Assembly: GCA_038801785.1 (NCBI GenBank)
Contig: JAULTD010000002.1
Location: 7,993 to 71,992 of the forward strand
From: Candidatus Methanomethylicaceae archaeon GD_Cm_T35_P0_bin.15
Lineage (GTDB): Archaea; Thermoproteota; Methanomethylicia; Methanomethylicales; Methanomethylicaceae
DNA length: 64,000 nt
Direction of reading: 5' to 3'
Within the stretch, counting starts at the first letter, position 1. Each line of letters begins with the position of its first letter. The position numbers and the translations under genes were made by a program. Positions 1-9,300 of this stretch are shown here, in pieces. The notes below the pieces were generated by a model, which did not search any database, was not told where the DNA came from, and saw only the letters and a program-made list of their open reading frames with translations.

Positions 1-75
1 GGGTACCCCCCATTCCTTTTAGAAATCCTTAAAGACGGCGGGCTATTACAGAACCTAAAAAAGAGGTTCAAGTGA
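1..75 (+). CDS. 3' end of an aconitase-family small subunit (LeuD/HacB-like), truncated by the window edge
   Basis: Frame-1 translation GYPPFLLEILKDGGLLQNLKKRFK* parallels the C-terminus of the LeuD-type ORF at 6365..6880 ([23 protein letters not shown]). It sits directly upstream of an IPMDH-family gene. Confidence 0.55.
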   Translation, partial: GYPPFLLEILKDGGLLQNLKKRFK

Positions 76-90
76 TCTGGAGGCACCTTA

Positions 91-1098
91 ATGGCCAAAT
101 CCTTCAAGGTAGCACTGATGAGGGGCGACGGCATCGGCCCCGAGCAGACCGAAGCGATGCTGACGGTCCTCAACGCGCTTGAGGACGCCGCCGGGATAAA
201 GCTGGAGATGCTAGAAGCGGAGGGAGGGGACGAGACCCTCAAGAAGAGGGGCGAGGCCCTGCCGGCGGAGACGATCGAGACCATCAGGGGATCAGACGCC
301 TGCCTCAAGGCGCCGGTAGGCGAGAGCGCGGCGGACGTCATCGTCAAGCTCAGGCAGTTATTCGACCTCTACGCCAACCTGAGACCGATAAAGACGTATC
401 CGGGCCTCAAGGCGCTGAGGCCCGACATAGATATGCTCTTTGTCAGGGAAAATACCGAAGACCTGTACAAGGGCTATGAATTCAGGGTGGGCGACGATAC
501 GGTCGGGCTCAGGGTCATAACCAAGAGGGGCTGCCTGAGGATCGCCGAGTACGCGTTCAAGCAGGCCCTCAAGCGGCGCAGGAAGGTAACAGCGGTCCAC
601 AAGGCCAACGTCCTGAGGATCACCGACGGCCTCTTCAGGGACACCTGCAGGGAGGTAGCGGCAAGGTACCCGGACGTAGCATTTGAGGAGCTATACGTTG
701 ATGCCGCCTCGATGCAGCTGATCAAGAGACCGCACGAGTTCGATGTCATTGTGACGACCAACATGTTCGGCGACATCCTCTCCGACGAGGCGGCCCAGAT
801 CGGCGGCGGGCTTGGCTTGGCTGCTGGCGCAAACGTAGGGGACAGGTACGGCCTCTTCGAGCCGATTCACGGCTCAGTCCCGTCTAAGGCCGGCAAGAAC
901 GTGGTGAACCCTACCTCGATGATCCTCTCGGCGAAACTGATGCTCGACTGGCTCGGCGAGACCAGCGCAGCCAAGATGATAGAGGACGCGGTCATGAAGA
1001 CCCTCGCCGATAAGAAGGTTGTTACATACGACCTCGGCGGCACTGCAAAGACCAGCGAGATGGCTGAAGAGATCGCCAGGAACCTGCGGGGTCCATAG
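91..1098 (+). CDS. beta-decarboxylating dehydrogenase, isocitrate/3-isopropylmalate/homoisocitrate dehydrogenase family (paralog 1)
   Basis: 335 aa. N-terminal GDGIGPE, then LYANLRP, VRENTEDLY and NMFGDILSDEAA, all typical of IPMDH/ICDH/HICDH. The substrate cannot be assigned by eye. Confidence 0.85.
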   Translation: MAKSFKVALMRGDGIGPEQTEAMLTVLNALEDAAGIKLEMLEAEGGDETLKKRGEALPAETIETIRGSDACLKAPVGESAADVIVKLRQLFDLYANLRPIKTYPGLKALRPDIDMLFVRENTEDLYKGYEFRVGDDTVGLRVITKRGCLRIAEYAFKQALKRRRKVTAVHKANVLRITDGLFRDTCREVAARYPDVAFEELYVDAASMQLIKRPHEFDVIVTTNMFGDILSDEAAQIGGGLGLAAGANVGDRYGLFEPIHGSVPSKAGKNVVNPTSMILSAKLMLDWLGETSAAKMIEDAVMKTLADKKVVTYDLGGTAKTSEMAEEIARNLRGP

Positions 1099-1247
1099 CC
1101 ATGACAGGCTGTTGACCCTGCCTGCCAACCGAACGGCTGCTGCCGCTCGTTATGTAGGGGCGCCACCGGGAGTCTCAGTACCCTCCGGTTGCGCACCCAG
1201 CACTGCATGGTGCCCTTGGCCCGAGAGGGCCTGCTGCCGCCAAGATG

Positions 1248-2210
1248 TCACTTCTCGGCCACGTCGATTATTCCGCTGCCTGTTATCCCAAAGACGGCTT
1301 CGCCCTCCGGGTGCATAGGGGAGTCGATTATCCTGGCTATGCGCCTGCTCTCCTTGGACTTCCTCAGCCAGATGCGGTACGTAGAGCCGTGGGCGATGAT
1401 GTTGCCCCCCGCGGGCCTGTTGGGGTTGCCGAAGAAGGTGTCTGGCGTCGACTGGATCTGGTTCGTGACCACCACCGCCATATTGTATATGTCTGCCATC
1501 CGGAGCAGCTGGTGGAGGTGCCGGTTGAGCTTCTGCTGCCTTGGAGCGAGGGCCTCCCTCCCCGGGTACTCGGACCTGAAGTGGGTTATAACCGAATCGA
1601 CTACCATGAGGCGGATATTGCTCTCCGGTATGATGTTCATCGCCTCCTCTGCAAGCAGGACCTGGTGATCCGAGTTGTAGGCTCTTGCGTAGGTGATGTT
1701 GGTCAGGGCGTCGTCTGGGTCAAGGCCCAAGCTGTTGGCGATATCGACGATCCTCTCGGGCCTGAACGTCGACTCTGTATCAATATACATGGCGTTCCCG
1801 CTCAGCCCGCCCTTCTCCGGCGGTAGCTGGACGGTGACACATAACTCATGGCAGATCTGGGTCTTGCCCGACCCGAACTCTCCGATAAGCTCGGTGATTG
1901 CCTGTGTCTCTATCCCCTTGCCCAGGAGGGAGTCGAAGGTCTTCGATCCTGTCGTAATGTGGCCTATGTCCCCCCTCTTCGAGAGAACCTCCTTGGCATT
2001 CGTAAAGCGTATATTCAGCAAGGAACGCGCGTTCCGGCTGACAGCGAGGGCCTTCTCCTCGGTCAGGTCGGCCACGTTGGTGAGAACCCTGACGGGTGTG
2101 ACCGCCAGCGCCTCCACCGAGGTTATCCCGGCATTCCTGAGCTTCTCGGCAGTAGCAGGTCCTATCCCCTCAACCTCCTGCAATTCGTGCCTCGTTGCCC
2201 TTTCTGCCAA
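1248..2210 (-). CDS. radA: DNA repair and recombination protein RadA
   Basis: 320 aa. N-terminal HhH region ([20 protein letters not shown]), Walker [10 protein letters not shown], and Walker B-like LMVVDS. This is the archaeal RadA/Rad51 architecture. Confidence 0.95.
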   Translation of the reverse strand: MAERATRHELQEVEGIGPATAEKLRNAGITSVEALAVTPVRVLTNVADLTEEKALAVSRNARSLLNIRFTNAKEVLSKRGDIGHITTGSKTFDSLLGKGIETQAITELIGEFGSGKTQICHELCVTVQLPPEKGGLSGNAMYIDTESTFRPERIVDIANSLGLDPDDALTNITYARAYNSDHQVLLAEEAMNIIPESNIRLMVVDSVITHFRSEYPGREALAPRQQKLNRHLHQLLRMADIYNMAVVVTNQIQSTPDTFFGNPNRPAGGNIIAHGSTYRIWLRKSKESRRIARIIDSPMHPEGEAVFGITGSGIIDVAEK

Positions 2211-2641
2211 AGATTTTTCTATCCTCCTAAGTTAGAGAGCATCAAGAGCGATTTAACTTATTCGGCGGGGAACCCGCACCATCAACAGGGTTTGCGGTGG
2301 GAGACTGCGATGCCATGTGCCCCATCGCAGCAAGCCAAAAGATAACGCACCGCGATATTTGGAGGGCCGGGTCGGAAACCGTCCAGCCCGAGGGAGCGCA
2401 CGCGGGCGCCCGATGGAGGGCGCGCTCAGGCGTTAAACGAAGCATCTCGGGTTTAGACCGTTCAGGTATAGCGCCGGCAGTGGGACGGTCAGCAAAAGCT
2501 TAAATCAAGCTTGGAAATTATAATGGTTAATTCGGTTGCTCTAGGGGATTGATTCCGGTGACCGCCTACCAAACTTGCGAGTTCTAAGGAAAACAGTGCG
2601 ATCTCAGCCCTTAGAGGCATTCGGAGAACAGGTGAGGCACT

Positions 2642-3700
2642 ATGGATAAAGTCAGAGTGGGTGTTTTAGGTTCTACTGGTTCGGTTGGCCAGAGGTACGT
2701 CAGCATGCTCAAGGACCACCCCTGGTTCGAGATAGCTGCGCTCTCAGCGTCCAGCGCATCGGTCGGGAAGAGGTATCGCGAGGCCGCAAAGTGGGTGCTT
2801 GATCAGGAGATGCCTGACATCGCCGAGCTGCGTGTCGTCCCTGCTAAAGCAGAGGCTTTTAGGGACGCGGGGGTCGAGCTTGTCTTCTCAGCCCTCCCGT
2901 CCGAGGTTGCGAAGGGGGTGGAGAGTGAGATGGCAAGCGCCGGGCTCAATGTGGTCGCTGACACCAGCGCCCACAGGATGGATCCCGATGTGCCGCTGCT
3001 CATCCCGGAGGTGAACAGCAGCCACCTGGAAGCGCTGCGCCTGCAGAAGAAGGGCAAGATGGTGACCGGCCCCAACTGCACCACCATCGGGCTGGCGATA
3101 TCTCTTAAGCCGATCCAGGAGAGGTTCGGCCTCAGGAGGGTTCTCGTCTCCACGATGCAGGCCCTCTCCGGAGCAGGCTTCTTCGGAGTCCCGTCCATGG
3201 CCATCCTCGACAACCTCATCCCCTACATCAGGAATGAGGAGGAGAAGCTGCAGCAGGAACTCCTCAAGATACTGGGCACCTACAGCGGGTCGTTCAGGTT
3301 CGCGGACTTTAAGGTCGGCGCGAGCTGCCACAGGGTCGGTGTGCTGGACGGACACACAGAGGCGGTCTTCGTCGAGACGGTAGAGCCCGCCTCCCCAGAG
3401 GAGGTGGTGGTCTGCATGAGGGAGTTTGAGGGGGAGCCGCAGAGGCTGAAACTGCCCACAGCCCCGTGCCCGCCTATAATCGTGAGGGAGGAGCCCGACC
3501 GGCCCCAGCCAAGGCTTGACCGGCTCTCCGGAGCGCCGGAGAGGGCAAGGGGGATGCCCGCCGTCGTCGGGAGGGTCCGCAGCGAGGGCGCGCTAGACAA
3601 TGGTATAAAATACGTGATGCTGAGCCATAACACCGTAAGGGGGGCGGCAGGCAACGCCATCCTCATAGCGGAGCTTTTAAAAGCAAAGGGCTTCATGTAG
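2642..3700 (+). CDS. asd: aspartate-semialdehyde dehydrogenase
   Basis: 352 aa. GSTGSVGQRY NAD-binding N-terminus and an active-site GPNCTTIG context. It lies immediately upstream of aspartate kinase. Confidence 0.9.
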   Translation: MDKVRVGVLGSTGSVGQRYVSMLKDHPWFEIAALSASSASVGKRYREAAKWVLDQEMPDIAELRVVPAKAEAFRDAGVELVFSALPSEVAKGVESEMASAGLNVVADTSAHRMDPDVPLLIPEVNSSHLEALRLQKKGKMVTGPNCTTIGLAISLKPIQERFGLRRVLVSTMQALSGAGFFGVPSMAILDNLIPYIRNEEEKLQQELLKILGTYSGSFRFADFKVGASCHRVGVLDGHTEAVFVETVEPASPEEVVVCMREFEGEPQRLKLPTAPCPPIIVREEPDRPQPRLDRLSGAPERARGMPAVVGRVRSEGALDNGIKYVMLSHNTVRGAAGNAILIAELLKAKGFM

Positions 3701-3741
3701 AATGTACCAAAGTGGGGAGGGGCGGCACTCTGAGGCTTGTC

Positions 3742-5124
3742 ATGAAGTTTGGCGGCGTACTGATGGAGAACGCGGATCAGATAAGCTGCTCTGCCGCGCT
3801 AGTGGCTGAGCAGGTCAAGAAGAACGATGAGATCGTGGTCGTAGTCTCTGCCATGTCTGGCGTCACCGACGATCTGCTGGAGATGGGCGAGAGCGCCAAG
3901 GTCGGTAACATGGAGCACGTCAGGGAGACCCTCTCGAAGCTGGAGAGGAGGCACCTGAGCACCGCCGGAAAGCTTTGCGACGGGAAGACACTGGGCGAGG
4001 CTACTGTGAGGATCAAGAACCTGATAGAGACGCTAAGCCAGTGCCTGACAGGGGTCTTCCTTCTCAGGGAGCTGACCCCGAGGTCCAGAGACCTGATACT
4101 CTCCTTCGGGGAGAGGCTCTCGGCACCGCTTATGAGCTACGCCCTGGTCGCAAGGGGGGTGAAGGCTGCCCCGTTCACAGGCGGCGATGTCGGGATAATA
4201 ACTGATAGCAACTATGGGAACGCCAAGCCCCTGCTCAACATTACTGAGGTCACGGCGAAGGAGAGGGTGCTCCCCATACTTAAGGGCGGGGTCGTGCCTG
4301 TTGTAACTGGCTTCATAGGCCAGGACGAGAACGGCGTCATAACTACCTTGGGGAGGGGAGGGTCCGATTATACCGCCACGATCCTGGCCTCGGCGCTGGA
4401 CGCAGACGAGGTCTGGATCTGGAAGGATGTCGACGGGATAATGACCGCAGACCCCAAGATAGTTAAGAGCGCCAAGACAATACCCGTCCTCTCGTACGCT
4501 GAGGTGATGGAGATGGCATACTTCGGCGCCAAGGTCCTCCACTCGCTCACAGTCACCCCCGTTCAGGAGAGGATGATCCCCATACGCATAAGGAGCGCCT
4601 ACACCTCGGGCCCGGGAACGCTCATAACAGTGAAGGGCGGCGACGGGAACATCGTCAAGGCTGTCACCTCGATAAAGGACCTGTGCATAATTACTACAGG
4701 CGGCGCCGGGATGATCGGGATACCCGGCATGGCTGCGAGGATATTCTCGGCTCTGGCCGCAAAGGACATCAATGTTATAATGATCTCACAGAGCTCGTCA
4801 CAGGCCAACATATCGATGGTGGTTAAGAGTTCGGACCTCGAGAAGGCGCTTAAAGCCCTGAAGCTCGAGTTCAGAAACGGCGACCTCGTAAAAGACATCT
4901 ACACGGTGCAGAAGGTTGCGGTGGTGGCGATAGTCGGGGAAGGGATGCGCGGCACCAAGGGGGTCGCGGCCAAGCTCTTCACAGCCGTCTCTGGGGCCGA
5001 CGCCAATATACTGATGATCTCACAGGGCTCTTCCGAGCTGAACATCTCCCTCGCCGTGCTCGAGCAGGACGTCGACAAGGTGGTAGCGGCGGTACACAAG
5101 GCGTTTGGTCTCGACTGCGCATGA
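3742..5124 (+). CDS. aspartate kinase with C-terminal ACT domains
   Basis: MKFGGVLM start (ATG 3742; the track ORF opens at GTG 3712). GRGGSDYTA motif and two ACT-like repeats (ISQSSSQANISMVV / ISQGSSELNISLAV). Confidence 0.9.
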   Translation: MKFGGVLMENADQISCSAALVAEQVKKNDEIVVVVSAMSGVTDDLLEMGESAKVGNMEHVRETLSKLERRHLSTAGKLCDGKTLGEATVRIKNLIETLSQCLTGVFLLRELTPRSRDLILSFGERLSAPLMSYALVARGVKAAPFTGGDVGIITDSNYGNAKPLLNITEVTAKERVLPILKGGVVPVVTGFIGQDENGVITTLGRGGSDYTATILASALDADEVWIWKDVDGIMTADPKIVKSAKTIPVLSYAEVMEMAYFGAKVLHSLTVTPVQERMIPIRIRSAYTSGPGTLITVKGGDGNIVKAVTSIKDLCIITTGGAGMIGIPGMAARIFSALAAKDINVIMISQSSSQANISMVVKSSDLEKALKALKLEFRNGDLVKDIYTVQKVAVVAIVGEGMRGTKGVAAKLFTAVSGADANILMISQGSSELNISLAVLEQDVDKVVAAVHKAFGLDCA

Positions 5125-5260
5125 TCCGCTCTCTCTTGCAGTAGCGGCAGCCTAGGGAGGACTAGGCCGGAGGCGGCGGAGGGGGCGGAGGCGGGTACCC
5201 CGTCCGTACGTCCCGTCTAACACCCGCGCCAAAAGATGCATCCCCCAACGACTCTTTTCA

Positions 5261-5372
5261 GATAAAAGAGGGCGAAGGGAGAGGAGAAAGAGCGAAAGAA
5301 GAGGGGGAGAGGGGAAAGGAAAAAGAAGTAGGGAGAGAAAGGCGAGGAAGGAGAAACCGGGAAGAGGGCGGG
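5261..5372. repeat. ~110-nt homopurine (plus strand) / homopyrimidine tract in a convergent intergenic region
   Basis: gataaaagagggcgaagggagaggagaaagagcgaaagaagagggggagaggggaaaggaaaaagaag... is almost purine-only. On the minus strand it is a CT tract directly after the stop of the leuB-like gene. Confidence 0.8.
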
Positions 5373-5381
5373 CGCCTCGGA

Positions 5382-6386
5382 TCAGAGCTTTTCTGCAACG
5401 GCCCTCGCAAAGTCCATGGTGCCCGCCGTTCCCCCCAGATCGCGGGTCACGACCTTCCCCTCTTCCAAGACCCTGTCTATGGCGGATTCCATCCTCGCGG
5501 CCGCATCCATCTCTCCTAGGTGCCTGAGCATCATCGCGCCTGAGAGCATAAGGGCTGCCGGGTTGGCATCCCACTTGCCCGCATGCTTGGGCGCGGTACC
5601 GTGGATGGCCTCGAAGAAGGAGTACCTGTCCCCTACGTTTGCGCTGGGAGCGAGCCCCAGGCCTCCCACGACCCCGGCGACCTCGTCGGAGAGGACATCC
5701 CCGAAGAGGTTGGTGGTGACGATCACGTCCAGGTTCTGGGGCTTCATGGCAATTCTCATGGCTGCAGCATCAACGTGCATCTCGTCGAACTGTACGGAGC
5801 TGTAATTCTTTGCCACATCAGCGCAGACTGACCTGAAGAGGCCGTCGGTCTCCTTGAGGACGTTGGCCTTGTGGACCGCTGTTACCTTCTTCCTCCCCTC
5901 CCGCCTTGCCAACTCGAACGCGAACCGAGCTATCCTCTCGGAGCCCCGCCGTGTAATCACCCTTATCGCGAGGGCACTCTCGCCTACGTTGTACTCGATC
6001 CCCGCATAGAGACCCTCCGTATTCTCCCTGACGATCACCAGGTCTACGCCCTTGTGCACCGACGGCACCCCGGGGTGGTTCCTGAAGGGGCGCACGTTCG
6101 CGTAAAGGTCAAGCTTCTGCCGGAGCATGACCGTTGCGCTCCTGAAGGATCCCGGACCGGGCGGGGTCTGGGTAGGAGCTTTCAGGCAGGCGTCCGACTC
6201 CCTGATCGTCTTGACGCTCTCCTCAGGGAGCTGGTTCCCGTACTTCTCCCAGGCGTTGAGCCCGACCGGGACTTTGGTGAACTCCAAGTTGAGCCCGATC
6301 TTATCGAGCACATAGAGCGTGGCCTCGGAGATCTCCGGGCCTATCCCGTCACCGGTTATTACCGCTATCTTGTAGGTTCTTCCCAA
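5382..6386 (-). CDS. leuB: 3-isopropylmalate dehydrogenase-like beta-decarboxylating dehydrogenase (paralog 2)
   Basis: 334 aa. [30 protein letters not shown] and [13 protein letters not shown] start preceded by gaggggagga, overlapping the leuD-like stop by 22 nt. It is the last gene of a leuC-leuD-leuB-like operon, so the symbol is tentative. Confidence 0.8.
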   Translation of the reverse strand: MGRTYKIAVITGDGIGPEISEATLYVLDKIGLNLEFTKVPVGLNAWEKYGNQLPEESVKTIRESDACLKAPTQTPPGPGSFRSATVMLRQKLDLYANVRPFRNHPGVPSVHKGVDLVIVRENTEGLYAGIEYNVGESALAIRVITRRGSERIARFAFELARREGRKKVTAVHKANVLKETDGLFRSVCADVAKNYSSVQFDEMHVDAAAMRIAMKPQNLDVIVTTNLFGDVLSDEVAGVVGGLGLAPSANVGDRYSFFEAIHGTAPKHAGKWDANPAALMLSGAMMLRHLGEMDAAARMESAIDRVLEEGKVVTRDLGGTAGTMDFARAVAEKL

Positions 6387-6880
6387 ACAAATCCTCCCCT
6401 CTTCTTATAATGTTCTACCAATCCGCCATCTTGAAGTATGGTCATTAGGAACTTCGGCATGGGCTTGAAGCGGAAAGTCTGACCGTCCTTTATGATCTCC
6501 CCCTTCTCAAGCAGGATCTCGATGGTATCGCCGGTGCTCACACTGTCGACCAGCTCCGGGCACTCTATGACCGGGAGGCCGACGTTGAACGAGTTCCTGT
6601 AAAAGATCCGGGCGAACGATTTTGCCACCACCGCACTGACCCCTGCGTGCTTGATCACCACCGGGGCCTGCTCCCTGCTCGACCCGCAGCCAAAGTTATT
6701 CCCCCCGACGATCACATCCCCCTTGGAGACCTTCGAGGAGAAGCCCGGATCCGCCCCCTCCATCGCGTGTCTTGCAAGTTCGTTAAAGTCGATCGTCTTG
6801 AACTTGTACTTTCCGGGGATTATCAGGTCGGTCGAGATGTCGTCCCCGAACTTCCATACCTTTCCCCTTATCCTGTCCAT
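6365..6880 (-). CDS. leuD: 3-isopropylmalate dehydratase / homoaconitase small subunit
   Basis: 171 aa aconitase swivel domain ([34 protein letters not shown]). It follows the large subunit with a 2-nt gap. Confidence 0.85.
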   Translation of the reverse strand: MDRIRGKVWKFGDDISTDLIIPGKYKFKTIDFNELARHAMEGADPGFSSKVSKGDVIVGGNNFGCGSSREQAPVVIKHAGVSAVVAKSFARIFYRNSFNVGLPVIECPELVDSVSTGDTIEILLEKGEIIKDGQTFRFKPMPKFLMTILQDGGLVEHYKKRGGFVWEEPTR

Positions 6881-6882
6881 TC

Positions 6883-8130
6883 TCAGATCCCCCTAGGTAC
6901 TGTAAGTTTTCCGTTCAGTGCGGTGTAAGCTGCCGTGAGCGAGGATGTGAGGTAGACGTCAGAATCAGCACAGCCCATCCTCCCCTTGAAGTTCCTGTTG
7001 GTCGTGGAGACAACGACCTCCCCCGCGGCGGGGACGCCATGGTGTCCGCCGACGCACGGCCCGCAACCAGGTACGCCGACCGCGCAGCCGGAGGCAAGTA
7101 GCGTCTCTAGTATCCCCTCGCCGATCGCCTTCATGAGAATCTCTCGGGACGCCGGCATGATTATAGTCCTGGACCTCACCCTCTTCCCCCTCATGACTGA
7201 GGCGGCAATCCTCATGTCCTCCAGCCGGCCGTTGGTGCACGAGCCGATAAAGACTTGGTCGACCGCCAGCCCCTCCAGCTCGGAGACGGACCTGACGTTG
7301 TCCACAGTGTGGGGGCATGCGATCATGGGTTCGAGCTTCTCCGCCTCGACCTCCAGCGTGTCGCTGTAGTGGGCATCGCCGTCCCCCGAGAGCTCGATAA
7401 AGGGCTGCCTTGACCTTCCCTCAAGGAACTCGCGCGTCACGCCGTCCGACCCTATCAGGCCGGTCTTGCCCCCCATCTCCACTGCCATGTTGGTCATGGT
7501 CATGCGGCTGTCCATCGACATCTTTCTCACGGTATCCCCTGTGAACTCGACGGCCTTATAGGTGGCCCCGTCTGCCCCAACTTCCCTGATCGCATAGAGG
7601 ATGGCATCTTTCGACATCACGCTTGGCTTGAAGCTGCCCGTGAGGTTGACCCTCAGCGTCTCAGGCACCCTGAACCATAGCTTGCCCGATGCGAAGACCG
7701 CCGCCATGTCCGTCGATCCTATGCCGGTAGCGAATGCCGCAAAGGCCCCGTGGGTGCAGGTATGGGAATCCGCCCCCACCACGACGCCTCCAGGAAAGGT
7801 GTATCCTTTCTCCGGGAGGAGTTGATGACAGATTCCCTCGCCGACATCATAGATCGTCATCCCGTGCCTCTTTGCAAACTCCCGCATCATCTTATGAAGT
7901 GCGGAGCTCCCCTCGTTTGAGCTGGGTGAGATGTGGTCTATGACGAAGACCGCCTTCTCCCTGTCCCAGACCGACTTTGCACCCATCTCCTCAAAGCTCT
8001 TGATCATCAGTGGCGCCGTCCCGTCATGAGCCATGGCTGCATCGATCGGGAGGACCACGATCTCGCCGGGGCTCGGGGCTCGCCCGATCTTCCGGGAGAT
8101 GATCTTCTCAGCAAGTGTTAGTCCCATCAA
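6883..8130 (-). CDS. leuC: 3-isopropylmalate dehydratase / homoaconitase large subunit
   Basis: 415 aa aconitase catalytic domain. Cluster ligands lie in [11 protein letters not shown] and GSCTNGR...GCGPCVG contexts. Confidence 0.9.
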   Translation of the reverse strand: MMGLTLAEKIISRKIGRAPSPGEIVVLPIDAAMAHDGTAPLMIKSFEEMGAKSVWDREKAVFVIDHISPSSNEGSSALHKMMREFAKRHGMTIYDVGEGICHQLLPEKGYTFPGGVVVGADSHTCTHGAFAAFATGIGSTDMAAVFASGKLWFRVPETLRVNLTGSFKPSVMSKDAILYAIREVGADGATYKAVEFTGDTVRKMSMDSRMTMTNMAVEMGGKTGLIGSDGVTREFLEGRSRQPFIELSGDGDAHYSDTLEVEAEKLEPMIACPHTVDNVRSVSELEGLAVDQVFIGSCTNGRLEDMRIAASVMRGKRVRSRTIIMPASREILMKAIGEGILETLLASGCAVGVPGCGPCVGGHHGVPAAGEVVVSTTNRNFKGRMGCADSDVYLTSSLTAAYTALNGKLTVPRGI

Positions 8131-8388
8131 CTGCCACCAGACTTCGTCTAATATCGCGGGGATGTGATTTTAAATCTATCGGAGATCGTGTTAGTGGTTC
8201 GGGACAATTACCGAAATCCGGCTCTGGGATGCCGGTAAACGCCCCTTCCCGGCTCGGGGCTGGCGATCTTCACGGGCAAGTCTGCAATTATGCCGATCGG
8301 TTACCTGTTATGAGCCAGCGGCACGGGTGTAAGCATCAGCCCAGGATTGGGCGAACATATAAATCCGTCGGCGACCTTACTTGTATCC

Positions 8389-8796
8389 ATGCAGAAGACC
8401 GGTGTTGAGCGCTTCAGCATCTCGGCCCCGCGCGATCTCATAGACGACTTTGACAGGACAGTCGGAAGGCTCGGCCAGGACCGCTCGAAGGCAATACAGC
8501 AGGCCATGCGGCTCTTTCTCTCGGAGTACAGGTGGGTAGAGGAGGCGGGCCTCTGCGCTGGGGCGGTCGTGATCATCTACAACCACGAAGTCCACGAGGC
8601 TGAGGAGGAGCTCACAGACCTCCAGCACCACTTCCGCGAGGTCATAAACTCGGCGCTCCACCTCCACATAGATGACAACAACTGCCTAGAGATCATAGCT
8701 GTCAAGGGGGCCATCCCGGGGGTCAGGAACCTCATCGAGAAGCTCTCTGTCTGCAAAGGGGTCAGGCAGATCAAGCATACTGTGGTCGGGATTTAA
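8389..8796 (+). CDS. nikR: nickel-responsive regulator NikR (ribbon-helix-helix plus ACT-like metal-binding domain)
   Basis: VERFSISAPRDLIDDFD RHH N-terminus. C-terminal YNHEVHE...QHHF...HLHIDDNNCLEI contains the His/Cys nickel-site pattern. ATG 8389 is preferred over TTG 8347. Confidence 0.8.
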   Translation: MQKTGVERFSISAPRDLIDDFDRTVGRLGQDRSKAIQQAMRLFLSEYRWVEEAGLCAGAVVIIYNHEVHEAEEELTDLQHHFREVINSALHLHIDDNNCLEIIAVKGAIPGVRNLIEKLSVCKGVRQIKHTVVGI

Positions 8797-8873
8797 TCCG
8801 GCGGCAGGGACGGGTAGAATAAAAATATCCGGGAGCTTGACATGAGGGTAGGCCACGGCAAGCTCGCCTTATA

Positions 8874-9080
8874 TCATGTTCTCGAAGTATACGACCATAC
8901 GACCACTAGTATGACCGTCACTACCGCGCCGATAAGACCCGCAACGACCCACTCGGCTGACACCAGCATCGGCAGGACTTCTCTGATCCATGGCTCAAGG
9001 TTCCTGAACAGGTAGAACGCTGCCACGCCGATAAAGTAGCCGATGACAGCAAAGGCAATCAAAATCCCAGCTCTTCCCAT
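8874..9080 (-). CDS. small hypothetical membrane protein (2 predicted TM helices)
   Basis: 68 aa with two hydrophobic stretches (ILIAFAVIGYFIGVAAFYLF and VVAGLIGAVVTVILVVVW). No recognisable family. Confidence 0.4.
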   Translation of the reverse strand: MGRAGILIAFAVIGYFIGVAAFYLFRNLEPWIREVLPMLVSAEWVVAGLIGAVVTVILVVVWSYTSRT

Positions 9081-9300
9081 AGGATCTCCTCAGATGAAAC
9101 TCCTCCCCCCTCACTGGATATAAAGATTGCTAAGCGTCTTTTTCAGGGATAAAATCCTGCAATATCTGCCTGTCAACAACTTGCCCTTCATTGCACTGCG
9201 GTAGCCTCGCCTTCAGACGCATCCCCGCTAACGACAGAGGACTCTCCGAATAAGTTAAATGATGTAAAACCCAATTATCCTTACGGATCAAGGTGTTCCC

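Noticed and set aside
2264-2570. Possible SRP (7S) RNA, RNase P RNA or lysine riboswitch in the radA/asd intergenic region
   Set aside because: ccagcccgagggagcgca only loosely resembles the SRP helix-8 motif (CAGGCCCGGAAGGGAGCA) and lacks a GNAR tetraloop. No RNase P CR-I/CR-V blocks are present. The GGAGGGCGCGC / GGGCGCCCGAUGG strings resemble L-box fragments but occur in the wrong order, forming a simple GC hairpin. The region is kept only as a generic structured-leader candidate.
5152-5574. 140-aa minus-strand ORF spanning the homopurine tract
   Set aside because: The translation is low-complexity (FLAFLSLLLFPFPSPPLLSLFLL) read through the repeat and overlaps the 3' end of the leuB-like gene out of frame. 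This is an artefact of GC-rich, stop-poor sequence.
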